Assembly: GCA_964566225.1 (NCBI GenBank)
Contig: CAZMHV010000003.1
Coordinates: forward strand, 6,658 to 70,657
Direction: 5' to 3'
From: an uncultured Gammaproteobacteria bacterium
Lineage (GTDB): Bacteria; Patescibacteriota; Patescibacteriia; Magasanikbacterales; UBA922
Length of the DNA stretch: 64,000 bases
The notes below the pieces were generated by a model that made no database searches, had not been told where the DNA came from, and saw only the letters and a list, made by a program, of their open reading frames with translations. A program made the position numbers and the translations under genes. Below are positions 18,231-27,904 of this stretch, one piece after another; the stretch's first letter is position 1; each line of letters begins with the position of its first letter.

Positions 18231-18695
18231 ATGGCAGATGTATCCAAAAATAAAAATGTACTCATCGCGGTTTTGGTGATTGGTGTTTTGGCTGCTGGAT
18301 CTTTTGGTATATATCGTTCATCAGTATCAAATACTGTGGGTGCTCCTACAAATCCACCCGTTTCACAGCAAGATGTCCCTTCTGCGGTAAGTGCTTCGTA
18401 CAAAGATGGAGACTATACTGCTGTTGGTACCTACACAGCACCAAATGGACAGGAAACAATTGGTGTGAATGTAACATTAAAAAATAACGTAATTACCAAT
18501 GTTGCTGTACAAGCACAATCAACACAACCCCAATCGAAACGATTTCAAGATATGTTTGCCGAGAATGTTCAGGGTGCCGTAGTTGGAAAAAATATCAGTG
18601 AAATTAATCTCAAAAAAGTTTCTGGTTCATCTTTGACACCAAAAGGCTTCAATGATGCCCTCAATAAAATCAAAACACAGGCTGCTCAGGCGTAA
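18231..18695 (+). CDS. Membrane-anchored FMN-binding (flavinylation substrate) protein
   Basis: N-terminal TM helix, YKDGDY, C-terminal VSGSSLT motif; upstream of apbE. Confidence 0.8.
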   Translation: MADVSKNKNVLIAVLVIGVLAAGSFGIYRSSVSNTVGAPTNPPVSQQDVPSAVSASYKDGDYTAVGTYTAPNGQETIGVNVTLKNNVITNVAVQAQSTQPQSKRFQDMFAENVQGAVVGKNISEINLKKVSGSSLTPKGFNDALNKIKTQAAQA

Positions 18696-18718
18696 TATCT
18701 TTTTGCACATTTTTGAGT

Positions 18719-19597
18719 ATGCACCCTTCGAACTATACATTTGAAGCGATTGGTACTCATTGGCAGATAGATGTGTATGATGTTTTGACACCTGCTCAAG
18801 AAAAAAACTTGTTGACGAGAATACAAGATCGAATTGAATTATTTGATCGCACGTATTCTCGTTTTCGTTTTGATTCTCTTGTTACCAAAATGTCACAAGA
18901 AGCAGGGGAGTATGAGTTGCCTCCTGATGCAGTACCACTGTTTGACCTGTATAAAAAGTTGTATGATTTGACCCAAGGTTTTTTTACCCCGCTCATTGGT
19001 CAAACATTGGTAGAGGCTGGGTATGATGCAGAGTATTCTTTGCAGTCGAAAACACTTCATCATCCCAAGCGATGGGAAGACGTGATGGAATTCCGTGCAC
19101 CGTATTTGTTGGTCAAACAGCCAGTGCTGCTGGATATTGGAGCGGCTGGCAAAGGGTACCTCATTGATATTGTGGGGCGACTGCTTGAAGAAAATGGTAT
19201 ACACAATTATTGTGTTGATGCGGGTGGAGATATTTTGCACCGTAGTACAAGTGGTGAGTCACTTCAAATTGGACTGGAACACCCACAAAATTTGGAGCAG
19301 GTGATTGGGGTGGTCAATGTCTGGAACCAAAGTTTGTGTGGTTCTGCGGGCAATCGTCGAGCGTGGGGAGAGTTTCATCACATCATCAATCCCTTTACAC
19401 TTTCTTCACCACGGAGTATTCTAGCGGTGTGGGTAATGGCAGACTCAACTTTACTTGCTGACGGACTTTCCACGTGTTTGTTTTTTGTTCCTGCTGAGAC
19501 ATTGCAAACAAAATTCGAATTTGAATATTTAATCGTACGTGACGACTATTCAGTTGAAAAATCTTCTGGTTTTGATGCTGAACTTTTTTTTAGATAA
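18719..19597 (+). CDS. apbE: FAD:protein FMN transferase
   Basis: AIGT, YSRFR.DS, LDIGAAGKGY, DAGGD, HHIINP, ADGLST. Confidence 0.9.
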   Translation: MHPSNYTFEAIGTHWQIDVYDVLTPAQEKNLLTRIQDRIELFDRTYSRFRFDSLVTKMSQEAGEYELPPDAVPLFDLYKKLYDLTQGFFTPLIGQTLVEAGYDAEYSLQSKTLHHPKRWEDVMEFRAPYLLVKQPVLLDIGAAGKGYLIDIVGRLLEENGIHNYCVDAGGDILHRSTSGESLQIGLEHPQNLEQVIGVVNVWNQSLCGSAGNRRAWGEFHHIINPFTLSSPRSILAVWVMADSTLLADGLSTCLFFVPAETLQTKFEFEYLIVRDDYSVEKSSGFDAELFFR

Positions 19598-19602
19598 ATT
19601 GT

Positions 19603-21123
19603 ATGCTCAAGTTTATTGATAAATTTCTCAACTCCATTACCATGTACAAATTGGTTTTGTCGGGACTCTCGGGGCTCGCTGTTTTGAGCATTGTGCTTAG
19701 TTTTGCTGGAGTATTGCCATTTACTGGTTTGCAATTACTCGGTTCACTTTTGGTGTTAGTGGGTACGTGTTATCTTACGAATGAAATTACTGGCCGCTTG
19801 CTCAAGGCTCCTCGCAATAGTGAATCATATTTCATTACTGCCCTTATTTTGTTTTTTGTTGTTGCACCATTTATTGGGAGTAAAGAATTTTTTATGGTCG
19901 TGGGAATCGCTGTGTTGGCCATGGCTTCCAAGTACATTTTTGCCATTCACAAAAAACATTTGTTTAACCCTGCAGCCATTTCCGTACTGATTGCCGGGCT
20001 TCTCGGCAGTGGACTTTCTATTTGGTGGGTGGGCAGCGCAGTGCTTTCTCCGTTTACCGCTCTTTTGGGACTTTTGATTGTACGAAAAATTCGTCGTTTT
20101 TCTTTGTTTGTTTCATTTGTGGTGACCAGTTTGATAGTGATGATTTTGTTTGGTATCAAAAATGGCCTTGGCATTTCGAGTGTCTTGGTTGAAGCTTTTA
20201 TTTCTTGGCCGCTTGTGTTTTTTGCTTCTGTTATGCTCACCGAACCACTCACCACACCTCCCACGCGTCAGTGGCAAATAGTGTATGGAGCATTGGTCGG
20301 GGCCTTGTTTAGTTCATCGTTTCACTTTGGACCAATCTCAGCGACTCCAGAATTTGCTTTGGTCGTCGGAAATATTTTTTCATATATTGTAAGTTCCAAA
20401 CAAAAGCTGTTGCTCACCCTCAAAGAAAAGAAAATGATTGTGCCAGGTATTTACGAATTTATTTTTACTCCCAATCAAAAATTGGCATTTATTCCGGGGC
20501 AATATTTGGAATGGACCTTGCCACATGCCAAGGCAGACAGCCGAGGAAACAGACGGTACTTTACCATTGCTTCTTCACCAACTGAAGACGAAATAAAATT
20601 GGGAGTACGTATCAATGAAAAAGAATCGAGTAGTTTCAAAAAAGCACTTCTGCAAATGCAAAATGGTGATGTGATGGTGGCGTCACAACTTGCTGGAGAT
20701 TTTACGTTGCCTCAGGATTCCAAAAAGAAACTGGTGTTTATTGCCGGTGGCATTGGCATTACACCGTTTCGCAGTATGGTTCAGTATTTACTCGATAAAA
20801 ACGAAAAACGTGATGTAACGTTATTTTATTCTACACTCGATCCCAATACGTGTGCATACAATCCAGTCTTTGAAGAAGCCGTACAAAAAATTGGTCTCAA
20901 AAATATTTGTGTGATCTCGGATGCGAGTAGAATTCCTTCGGGTTGGGCAGGGGAGAGTGGATATATTACTTCTGAAATGATTCAAAAGCATATTCCAAAT
21001 TTTGCTGATCATGTGTTTTATCTGTCTGGGCCCAATGCCATGGTGGAAAATTACAAAAAGTTGCTCCTGGGTATGGGGGTTGCCAAAAAGAATATTGAAA
21101 CAGATTATTTCCCTGGGTTTTAA
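19603..21123 (+). CDS. RnfD/NqrB-like membrane domain fused to an FNR-type FAD/NAD(P)H oxidoreductase
   Basis: KHLFNPAA, MLTEPLTTP; RYFTIASSP, IAGGIGITPF, YLSGP. Confidence 0.85.
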   Translation: MLKFIDKFLNSITMYKLVLSGLSGLAVLSIVLSFAGVLPFTGLQLLGSLLVLVGTCYLTNEITGRLLKAPRNSESYFITALILFFVVAPFIGSKEFFMVVGIAVLAMASKYIFAIHKKHLFNPAAISVLIAGLLGSGLSIWWVGSAVLSPFTALLGLLIVRKIRRFSLFVSFVVTSLIVMILFGIKNGLGISSVLVEAFISWPLVFFASVMLTEPLTTPPTRQWQIVYGALVGALFSSSFHFGPISATPEFALVVGNIFSYIVSSKQKLLLTLKEKKMIVPGIYEFIFTPNQKLAFIPGQYLEWTLPHAKADSRGNRRYFTIASSPTEDEIKLGVRINEKESSSFKKALLQMQNGDVMVASQLAGDFTLPQDSKKKLVFIAGGIGITPFRSMVQYLLDKNEKRDVTLFYSTLDPNTCAYNPVFEEAVQKIGLKNICVISDASRIPSGWAGESGYITSEMIQKHIPNFADHVFYLSGPNAMVENYKKLLLGMGVAKKNIETDYFPGF

Positions 21124-21133
21124 AGAGATTTGA

Positions 21134-21166
21134 TAAAAAATACAGCTTCATCGGCTGTATTTTTTA
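21134..21166. terminator. Bidirectional terminator between convergent genes
   Basis: AAAAAATACAGC...GCTGTATTTTTT. Confidence 0.7.
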
Positions 21167-22951
21167 AATTTGTTTTTCAATCTCTGCAATCACTCCTTGC
21201 ACCTCCATCCACTCTTTTTCTTTTTCTTCAATCACACCAGTCACATCATGCAGCTTCTGTGTTTTCTCAAGTGAAAACTCAGTAGTATGCTTTTCAAACC
21301 ATTTAAGCAGTTTTTGTTTGTCTCGCTCCAGTTCCATAATTTCCACTTCCACGTCATGCAGTTTTCGTTTTTCTTTTTTAAGTTGTTCACGCATTTCCTT
21401 TTTTTGATCTTCGGTGGTTGGTTCAGATTTGGCGTCAACAGATTTTGGTTGAATGCCCAAATCTTTTTCAAGTTCTTGCTCCAAGTGCCACACATATTCT
21501 TCGTAGTTGTGGTGGTATCGTTTCACCCGACCATTTTTGACTTCAATAATGGCCGAGGCAACCAGGTTTACAAAGGTACGGTTGTGACTAATAAACATAA
21601 CCGTGGCATTACAATTTTGCAGGGCTGCCCCGAGTGCTTCAACTGTTTCAAAGTCCAAGTGGTTGGTCGGTTCATCGAGCAGCAATACTTGATTTTTTTG
21701 CAGCAAAATTCCAGCAAGACAGAGTCTGGCTTTTTCTCCACCACTGAGGACTGAAATTGGTTTACTTAGGTCGTCTCCAGAAAACAAAAAGTTTCCAGCA
21801 ATCTCGAGTACTTCTTCGGTTTTAACTTCGGCATTCGCAGTGCGACGCAAATATGCATTTACGGTTTCACTTGGGTTCAGCATACTTGGTACATGCTGCG
21901 CATAGTAGCCAACTTTAATATGTGGCCCCCAGCGATAAGTTCCAGCGAGAGAAGGAAGTTCATCGGCAATGGTTTTGAGAAATGTGGTTTTTCCTTGTCC
22001 ATTGTCCCCAACAATTGCCACATGTTCACCGCGTTCAATATCAAGCGTAATATCATTGGCAATAACTTTTTCGCCATAACCAATTACCAGTTCGTTGATA
22101 GTCAAAGCAATTCCTTTGCGATCTTCAACGCGGGGAATACGAATGCGCGTGGTGGACAGGGGATGCAAAATATCTATGGTTTTGAGTTTGGCAATTTGTT
22201 TGAGTTTGGATTGTGCCTGTGTTGCTTTACTTGCCTTGTAACGGAATCGATCCACAAATTCAGTGAGGTGTTTTTTTTCTTGTTCCACTTTTTTGTTGTA
22301 GCGTTTCATCATCTCCAGTTGATCTTCTTTGTATTGCAAATATTCTTCAATATCTCCGGGATACATGGTGGTTTTGCCCTGTTCAATTTCAAGTGTACTC
22401 GTGCACGTATTTTTCAAAAATTCACGGTCGTGTGAAATGAGCAGGAATGTGCCATTGTAGGTTTGCAAAAATTGTTCGAGCAAGAGCAATGTGGAAAGGT
22501 CAAGGTAGTTGGTCGGTTCATCGAGGAGTAACAAGTTTGGATCATGCAAAAGTAAATCAATCAGTTTCACACGCATTTGGTATCCACCTGCAAGCGCCCC
22601 AATTTTACGGTTGAGCATTTCATTTTTTATCTGAAATTTCCCCGCCATTTTGGCACACTGCCATTCTTCTTTGCCAGTGGAGCGAAGCAAAAATTCCATC
22701 ACTGTTTCATCAAAACTATATGGGTCGTGCTGGGTCAGGTAGCCAAGCCGAGTAGTATCATGAATCAAAACCTCGCCTGATGTTTTTTCTTCGTCACCTA
22801 CCACAATCCGAAACAGGGTCGATTTGCCTGCACCATTGCGCCCAATCACTCCAATTTTTTGCTTTTCAGCAATCGTAAGAGTCACGTTATCAAGGATAAC
22901 GCGTGGGCCAAAGGATTTGTGCAGGTTGTTGACTTGGAGGAGGGTGGACAT
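21164..22951 (-). CDS. ABC-F family ATPase
   Basis: Two ABC cassettes (GRNGAGKST, GDNGQGKTT, LLDEPTN twice), no TM segments, C-terminal coiled coil. Confidence 0.93.
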   Translation of the reverse strand: MSTLLQVNNLHKSFGPRVILDNVTLTIAEKQKIGVIGRNGAGKSTLFRIVVGDEEKTSGEVLIHDTTRLGYLTQHDPYSFDETVMEFLLRSTGKEEWQCAKMAGKFQIKNEMLNRKIGALAGGYQMRVKLIDLLLHDPNLLLLDEPTNYLDLSTLLLLEQFLQTYNGTFLLISHDREFLKNTCTSTLEIEQGKTTMYPGDIEEYLQYKEDQLEMMKRYNKKVEQEKKHLTEFVDRFRYKASKATQAQSKLKQIAKLKTIDILHPLSTTRIRIPRVEDRKGIALTINELVIGYGEKVIANDITLDIERGEHVAIVGDNGQGKTTFLKTIADELPSLAGTYRWGPHIKVGYYAQHVPSMLNPSETVNAYLRRTANAEVKTEEVLEIAGNFLFSGDDLSKPISVLSGGEKARLCLAGILLQKNQVLLLDEPTNHLDFETVEALGAALQNCNATVMFISHNRTFVNLVASAIIEVKNGRVKRYHHNYEEYVWHLEQELEKDLGIQPKSVDAKSEPTTEDQKKEMREQLKKEKRKLHDVEVEIMELERDKQKLLKWFEKHTTEFSLEKTQKLHDVTGVIEEKEKEWMEVQGVIAEIEKQI

Positions 22952-23094
22952 ATATGGGGCTTATACTAGCAGAAAAGATGGAATTGGTAAAGTCTTTCTG
23001 CTTGAATTTTTGAGGTGTAAGTGATATGGTAGAAAAATAGATATTTGAGAAGTGTTTTTTATGCAACATGAAGAAAAAAAAGAAAAATAATACT

Positions 23095-24228
23095 ATGCAA
23101 AATTTTACCAATATTCCAATTATTCGAAATATTCTCTCTCATACTGGCCGTCTCGACGGCGACGACACCGGTTTTCGTTCAGTCGCTTTGAGTCCACTTG
23201 ATAAAATTAACCCAGATCCACTTGTTCTCATAAACAAGAGAGTAAAGTGTTATCCAAGAAATAGAAAATTCCAACGCAATAATTTTGATCCTATTATTTG
23301 TGATGGCAGTGTAAAAGATGAAAGAATGTTTTTGCGTGAGCCTGCTATACGTGCCATAGAAGAAGTAAATAATTTGCTAGAACCTTATGGAAGAGAGTTG
23401 GTACTCGTTGGTGCGTTTCGTCATGTTCACTCACAAGCGCTTGTTTTTTCGGACGCTTTCAATCGTTGGCTTGGTGAAAAAGAGTACGATCAACTCACTG
23501 TAACCGAACAAATACAACTCGGACGTAAAGCCAATGAAGCTGCTTTGTTTGTAGACATTTTACAAGATGATTTGTACGAAGGTGAAAAACAAAAAATAAA
23601 AATGAGTGATACTTTTTATGACATAATTTCTGCGGCAAAAAATTTAGAAAAAACTCCAGATCAGATAATTGACGAACTTTTCATTTATGAAACGAATCTT
23701 GGAAAATTGAATCTCAACCTTGATAAAATTGCGTCCACTGCACATGGAAATGGAGGTTCTGTTGACGCTTGGGTTATTGATTCTTCAAGTGGTAAATTTG
23801 TAAATCGTGGTGTACCAGCTGCATATAACCATGCTCCTGCTGTAATGGATTATTTTGAATGGGCTACGGTAGAAATGTTTGAAGACGAGAGACAAAAGAG
23901 TCCTGTACTCGATGCCTATCTGAGTGGTTATGGAGTAGAAAAAATAACAGAATCTGTTATGAAAGAAATTCGTAATGAACGAAGAATCTTGTTTCACGCC
24001 ATGATGCATGTGGGTGCAACGTATTTTTCTTTGGGCAAAACAGAAGGTGAATGTTGGCATTTTAATTTTGGAAATGAACGGGGAGGAAATCAGTTTGATG
24101 TATTGCCCTTTGGTGGTGGAGCACCACATTCTTTGTTAAAAAATATACGAGAGAAACACACAGAAGAAGTTACTGCTTGTTGGACCAATGAAGTAGCACA
24201 TAACATGTATGATCAATTGATGAAATAA
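23095..24228 (+). CDS. M15 (VanX/D-Ala-D-Ala dipeptidase-like) metallopeptidase with a large insertion
   Basis: FLRE..., GAFR..SQ, STAHGNGGSVD, ECWHF; start uncertain (23068 or 23095). Confidence 0.7.
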   Translation: MQNFTNIPIIRNILSHTGRLDGDDTGFRSVALSPLDKINPDPLVLINKRVKCYPRNRKFQRNNFDPIICDGSVKDERMFLREPAIRAIEEVNNLLEPYGRELVLVGAFRHVHSQALVFSDAFNRWLGEKEYDQLTVTEQIQLGRKANEAALFVDILQDDLYEGEKQKIKMSDTFYDIISAAKNLEKTPDQIIDELFIYETNLGKLNLNLDKIASTAHGNGGSVDAWVIDSSSGKFVNRGVPAAYNHAPAVMDYFEWATVEMFEDERQKSPVLDAYLSGYGVEKITESVMKEIRNERRILFHAMMHVGATYFSLGKTEGECWHFNFGNERGGNQFDVLPFGGGAPHSLLKNIREKHTEEVTACWTNEVAHNMYDQLMK

Positions 24229-24267
24229 ACAATTTTTTATACATCGAAAAAATTAATTTCAACCAAT

Positions 24268-24300
24268 AAAAAAATTCTGATGATACATCAGAATTTTTTT
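24268..24300. terminator. Bidirectional terminator
   Basis: AAAAAAATTCTGATG/CATCAGAATTTTTTT inverted repeat. Confidence 0.7.
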
Positions 24301-24441
24301 CACTTTTGTTGTGACGAATAGTTCGTCATCACAAAGGCAGGCGGCTCGGCGACGACTGGACCGAAGTGGTCAGCGTCGCCGAGTCGTGAATTGAGGATTG
24401 AGAGATGTTGATCGAGTCTCGCCGTGGAGGCGAGTGGAGTG

Positions 24442-25431
24442 TCAGCGCTTGGCCGCGGCCGCCGATCCGTTGCAGTCCAGCAACGACTTCTGGTTCTCCG
24501 TGAGGCTGGCCTCAAGGTCTTCGCAGAGTCGTTCACCGAGCCGCTCTTTGTCGTTGAGATTCTGTTCGCCGTATTTCTCCCCGTCCTTCGGAAGCTTCTT
24601 CCAGGTCTCGATGAGCTCGACGATGCCCTTGAGCTTCTTCTGGGCGACCATCTCCGGGGTCAGACCGTTGTAGATCTGGTTGGGCTGGGATTTGCCCTCG
24701 GAGACGAAACCAGAGAACTTGTCGACCAGGCTCACCCGATCGCCGTCGTCGCAATTCGGAGAGCTCACGCAGAAGAAGGTGGTGCTGGGGAAGGGCTTGT
24801 CGAAGAACACGATGTTGGCCAGAGCCTTGAGGTGGGCCAGGTTCAGCTCGTCGAGCTTCGCCTGGATCTTCTCGTCCGAGACCTCGTTGTTCGTCGTCAC
24901 CCCACTGGGAGAAGGGTGCTTCCTGAACCGCTCGAGGGGGTGTTCACAGGCGCTCAGCATGCTGAGTGCCTTCATGTACTCGTCGCGCAGTCGTCCCGCG
25001 CCGGTCTTGTCCTGCGCCGTGGCGGGCGTGGCCGCGGCGTTGACCTGGTTCGCGAAGTCCTTGGCGCCGAGGGGGTTCTCTCCATTCAGGCAGGCAGTGG
25101 CCTCCTTGGTGAGCCTGGCGAAGTTCTCCTTTTCTCCCGACGTGCTGCCGGGCGCGGCGCTTGTGGGCTCGAGGGCGCCCGATCCGCCGACCTTGACGGG
25201 TTCGGCGAACCGCGAGGTGAGCAACATGCTCAGTTTGTTGATGCATGCCTGCGCCGACATGAACTCTTCCGGTGTGCCGGTCGGGCACACGACCTCCACG
25301 TCATTGGCCGTGGGGGGTTCGTGGTAGTTGTAGGAGGACGAATCTTCCTCCACTTCTCCGTTGCAGCCGGCGAAGACTGTGGCCAGGATGGCGAGGAAGG
25401 CGGCGAGCGCCAGGACGATGCGGATCGGCAT
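24442..25431 (-). CDS. GC-rich putative lipoprotein of unknown function
   Basis: Signal peptide with lipobox FAGC; upstream GAAAGGA SD; strongly GC-biased third codon positions unlike the host. Confidence 0.75.
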   Translation of the reverse strand: MPIRIVLALAAFLAILATVFAGCNGEVEEDSSSYNYHEPPTANDVEVVCPTGTPEEFMSAQACINKLSMLLTSRFAEPVKVGGSGALEPTSAAPGSTSGEKENFARLTKEATACLNGENPLGAKDFANQVNAAATPATAQDKTGAGRLRDEYMKALSMLSACEHPLERFRKHPSPSGVTTNNEVSDEKIQAKLDELNLAHLKALANIVFFDKPFPSTTFFCVSSPNCDDGDRVSLVDKFSGFVSEGKSQPNQIYNGLTPEMVAQKKLKGIVELIETWKKLPKDGEKYGEQNLNDKERLGERLCEDLEASLTENQKSLLDCNGSAAAAKR

Positions 25432-25597
25432 CGGGGGATTCCTTTCAACAAGACACTATTTGGTTTCTCTCGATCTCTCGATCCAGCTTCTTTAGTCCCT
25501 AAAAACTAGGAAACCAAAAAAGCTGGATCGAAATTCTCTCAATTCAGTTGTAAAATAACGTGATTTAAGCGCAAAAATTGAGCTAAATCAACGAGCG

Positions 25598-25626
25598 AAT
25601 ATACCATAAAAAGAGAAGTTTGTCAA
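25598..25626 (-). promoter_or_regulatory. Near-consensus promoter for the GC-rich lipoprotein gene
   Basis: Minus strand TTGACA-17 bp-TATATT with extended TG. Confidence 0.7.
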
Positions 25627-25713
25627 GTATATGTGAATAAATTTGCTTGTATAGAGCAAAATTTATAAGTTTTTTTAAAAATACTCATGATTTTATGATA
25701 TACTTTCTGTACT

Positions 25714-26541
25714 ATGCTCTCCATTCTCGACCCCCAATTTAGCAGCACCCACAATTACAAAAACGACGAAATGCTCCGCCGTCGACGAGCTTTGTATGAA
25801 TACGAAGTCAACCGTGTTGATATTTTTGCCGAGCTCATGGATGTTGTCGGTCAACACCCTGCATCGACACTGCTAGATGTGGCCTGTGGGTTTGGAGATT
25901 TTTTGATTCGTTTGCGTACGGAAAGAAAATTTGAGGGGAGATTGGTTGGAATTGACGCCTCGTCTGGAATGCTCCAAAAACCAATACAAATAGCTTTAGA
26001 AAAAAATTTGAATATTAAATTTGAATCTGCTGACGTGCATCACTTACCTTTTGGCGACGAAGAGTTTGAGAGTATTACGTGCAATTTTGCTTTGTATGCT
26101 TTTGAAAATATGCCACAGGCAATTACCGAAATACACCGATGTCTCAAAAAGGGTGGGTATTTTATTGGTGCTGTGCATGGAGAAAATAACCGACCAAAGT
26201 GGTCATCTTACTTGCATAAAATCTCAGATATGTTAGGGTTAGAAAGTCAGCCATTTGCTTGGGATCGTGTGAATATCCAAAACATTGATTCATCGTTATC
26301 GGGTTTTGTTGTAAAAGAGAAAAAATATTTTGAAACCATTATTCGACTACAAAATGCTGAACCCTTTGTTGACTATACTGATACTTTTCGTGACTTGCGA
26401 TATAACCCCGTGCCAACGGATGATCAGTGGAGTCAGGCACTTGACCTGGTGAGAAGTGAAGTGAACAAAGAAATTGAGCAAAATGGCTTTTTTGAAGAGA
26501 TTTCAAAAACAGGAATATTTATTGCACAAAAATTAGGATAA
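25714..26541 (+). CDS. Class I SAM-dependent methyltransferase
   Basis: LLDVACGFG, GIDASSGML, ADVHHLPF, LKKGG. Confidence 0.88.
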   Translation: MLSILDPQFSSTHNYKNDEMLRRRRALYEYEVNRVDIFAELMDVVGQHPASTLLDVACGFGDFLIRLRTERKFEGRLVGIDASSGMLQKPIQIALEKNLNIKFESADVHHLPFGDEEFESITCNFALYAFENMPQAITEIHRCLKKGGYFIGAVHGENNRPKWSSYLHKISDMLGLESQPFAWDRVNIQNIDSSLSGFVVKEKKYFETIIRLQNAEPFVDYTDTFRDLRYNPVPTDDQWSQALDLVRSEVNKEIEQNGFFEEISKTGIFIAQKLG

Positions 26542-26556
26542 AACCTTTTTCAACCT

Positions 26557-27843
26557 ATGTCCGACGTCGCCATACAAATTTTTTTCATTTTTCTGTTGTT
26601 TTTGTTCAACGGTCTTTTGGCCATGTCCGAAATTGCCATTATCACGTCTCGCCGCGCGCGGCTGGAACAACTCAAAGAAGAAGGAGACAAGCGGGCTGAA
26701 CTGGCTATTGAACTTTCTCAGAAGTCCGATGAGTTTTTGTCGACCATTCAAATTGGTATTACTCTGGTAGGAATTTTTGCTGGAGTATTTGGAGGAGCCA
26801 CGCTCACCAGTCGGTTAGAATCTTTTTTGAATACAACTTTTTTTTCTCCCTACAGTTCGGTGTTGAGTTTTGTGGTTATCGTTGGTGGCATCACATTTTT
26901 TTCTTTGCTCATAGGCGAGCTTGCCCCCAAACGCATTGCACTCAACAACCCCGAAAAAATTGCTCTGCGAATGGCACGACCACTCAAAATGCTTTCTCAC
27001 ATTACCTATCCATTTGTAAAAATTTTAAGTATTTCAAGTACCTTACTTCTCAAAATGATTGGGAGTTCGCCTCTCAGTCAGCCGCCCGTGAGTGAAGAAG
27101 AAGTAAAGTATCTTATTAAAGAGGGAACTGAGGCAGGTGTGTTTGAAGAAGCCGAACAAGACATGATGGAAAGTGTTTTGAAGCTTGGCAACAAGCCCAT
27201 TGGTGCACTCATGACTCCGCGAACCGAAATTGAGTGGCACGATATTGAAGATTCACTTGAAAAATTTCACGAAACCATTACCCAAAGTTCTCGGTCTGTG
27301 TTTCCTGTTGGAAAGGGAAGTCTTGATAATGTACTTGGTGTGATTCATACCAAAGATTATTTGTCCAAAAAACTTTCGAGCGATGTTTTTCCTTTGGAAG
27401 AAATTATCAAAGACAGTTTGTTTATTTTAGAGAGTACTCCTGTGCTAAAAGTCGTAGAAATGTTTAAACGCAGTGCCATACACATTGCTTTTATTATTGA
27501 CGAACATGGTGTGGTGCAAGGACTCGTGACCATCAATGATGTTCTTGAATCAATTATTGGTGATATTTCCCTCACAGGTGAACCTGAGTCAGTGCAGCGC
27601 GAAGACGGCTCGTGGCTCATTGATGGCATGCTTCCTCTCGACGAATTCAAAAAGATTTTCAATATTGAAAAATGGGCTGGTGAAGAAAAAGGACACTATC
27701 ACACTATGGGTGGTCTCATTTTGGTGCACTTTGGCAAAATTCCTTCTGTTGGAAATAATTTTGAGTGGAATGGATTTCGGTTTGAAGTGGTAGACATGGA
27801 TGGCAGACGGGTTGACAAGATACTCGTGACGAAAAAAATATAA
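26557..27843 (+). CDS. HlyC/CorC (CNNM) family transporter
   Basis: AMSEIA, FLSTIQIGITL, GELAPK, MTPR, CBS pair, C-terminal CorC domain. Confidence 0.92.
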   Translation: MSDVAIQIFFIFLLFLFNGLLAMSEIAIITSRRARLEQLKEEGDKRAELAIELSQKSDEFLSTIQIGITLVGIFAGVFGGATLTSRLESFLNTTFFSPYSSVLSFVVIVGGITFFSLLIGELAPKRIALNNPEKIALRMARPLKMLSHITYPFVKILSISSTLLLKMIGSSPLSQPPVSEEEVKYLIKEGTEAGVFEEAEQDMMESVLKLGNKPIGALMTPRTEIEWHDIEDSLEKFHETITQSSRSVFPVGKGSLDNVLGVIHTKDYLSKKLSSDVFPLEEIIKDSLFILESTPVLKVVEMFKRSAIHIAFIIDEHGVVQGLVTINDVLESIIGDISLTGEPESVQREDGSWLIDGMLPLDEFKKIFNIEKWAGEEKGHYHTMGGLILVHFGKIPSVGNNFEWNGFRFEVVDMDGRRVDKILVTKKI

Positions 27844-27904
27844 TTTTGAAAAAAAATATGTTATACTACTGACAGAATCACCTGTCAGTTTTTATAATAC
27901 AACT

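Noticed and set aside
21134-21166. Hairpin similar to the cassette hairpins as a fifth att site
   Set aside because: Lacks the GCCTGC core and arm; similar hairpins occur near 9525-9550 and 55828-55857, so the hairpin alone is a generic terminator
24424-25509. 361-aa plus-strand ORF and other ORFs over the GC-rich gene
   Set aside because: Stop-poor shadow frames expected in high-GC DNA; the minus frame has the signal peptide, SD and promoter
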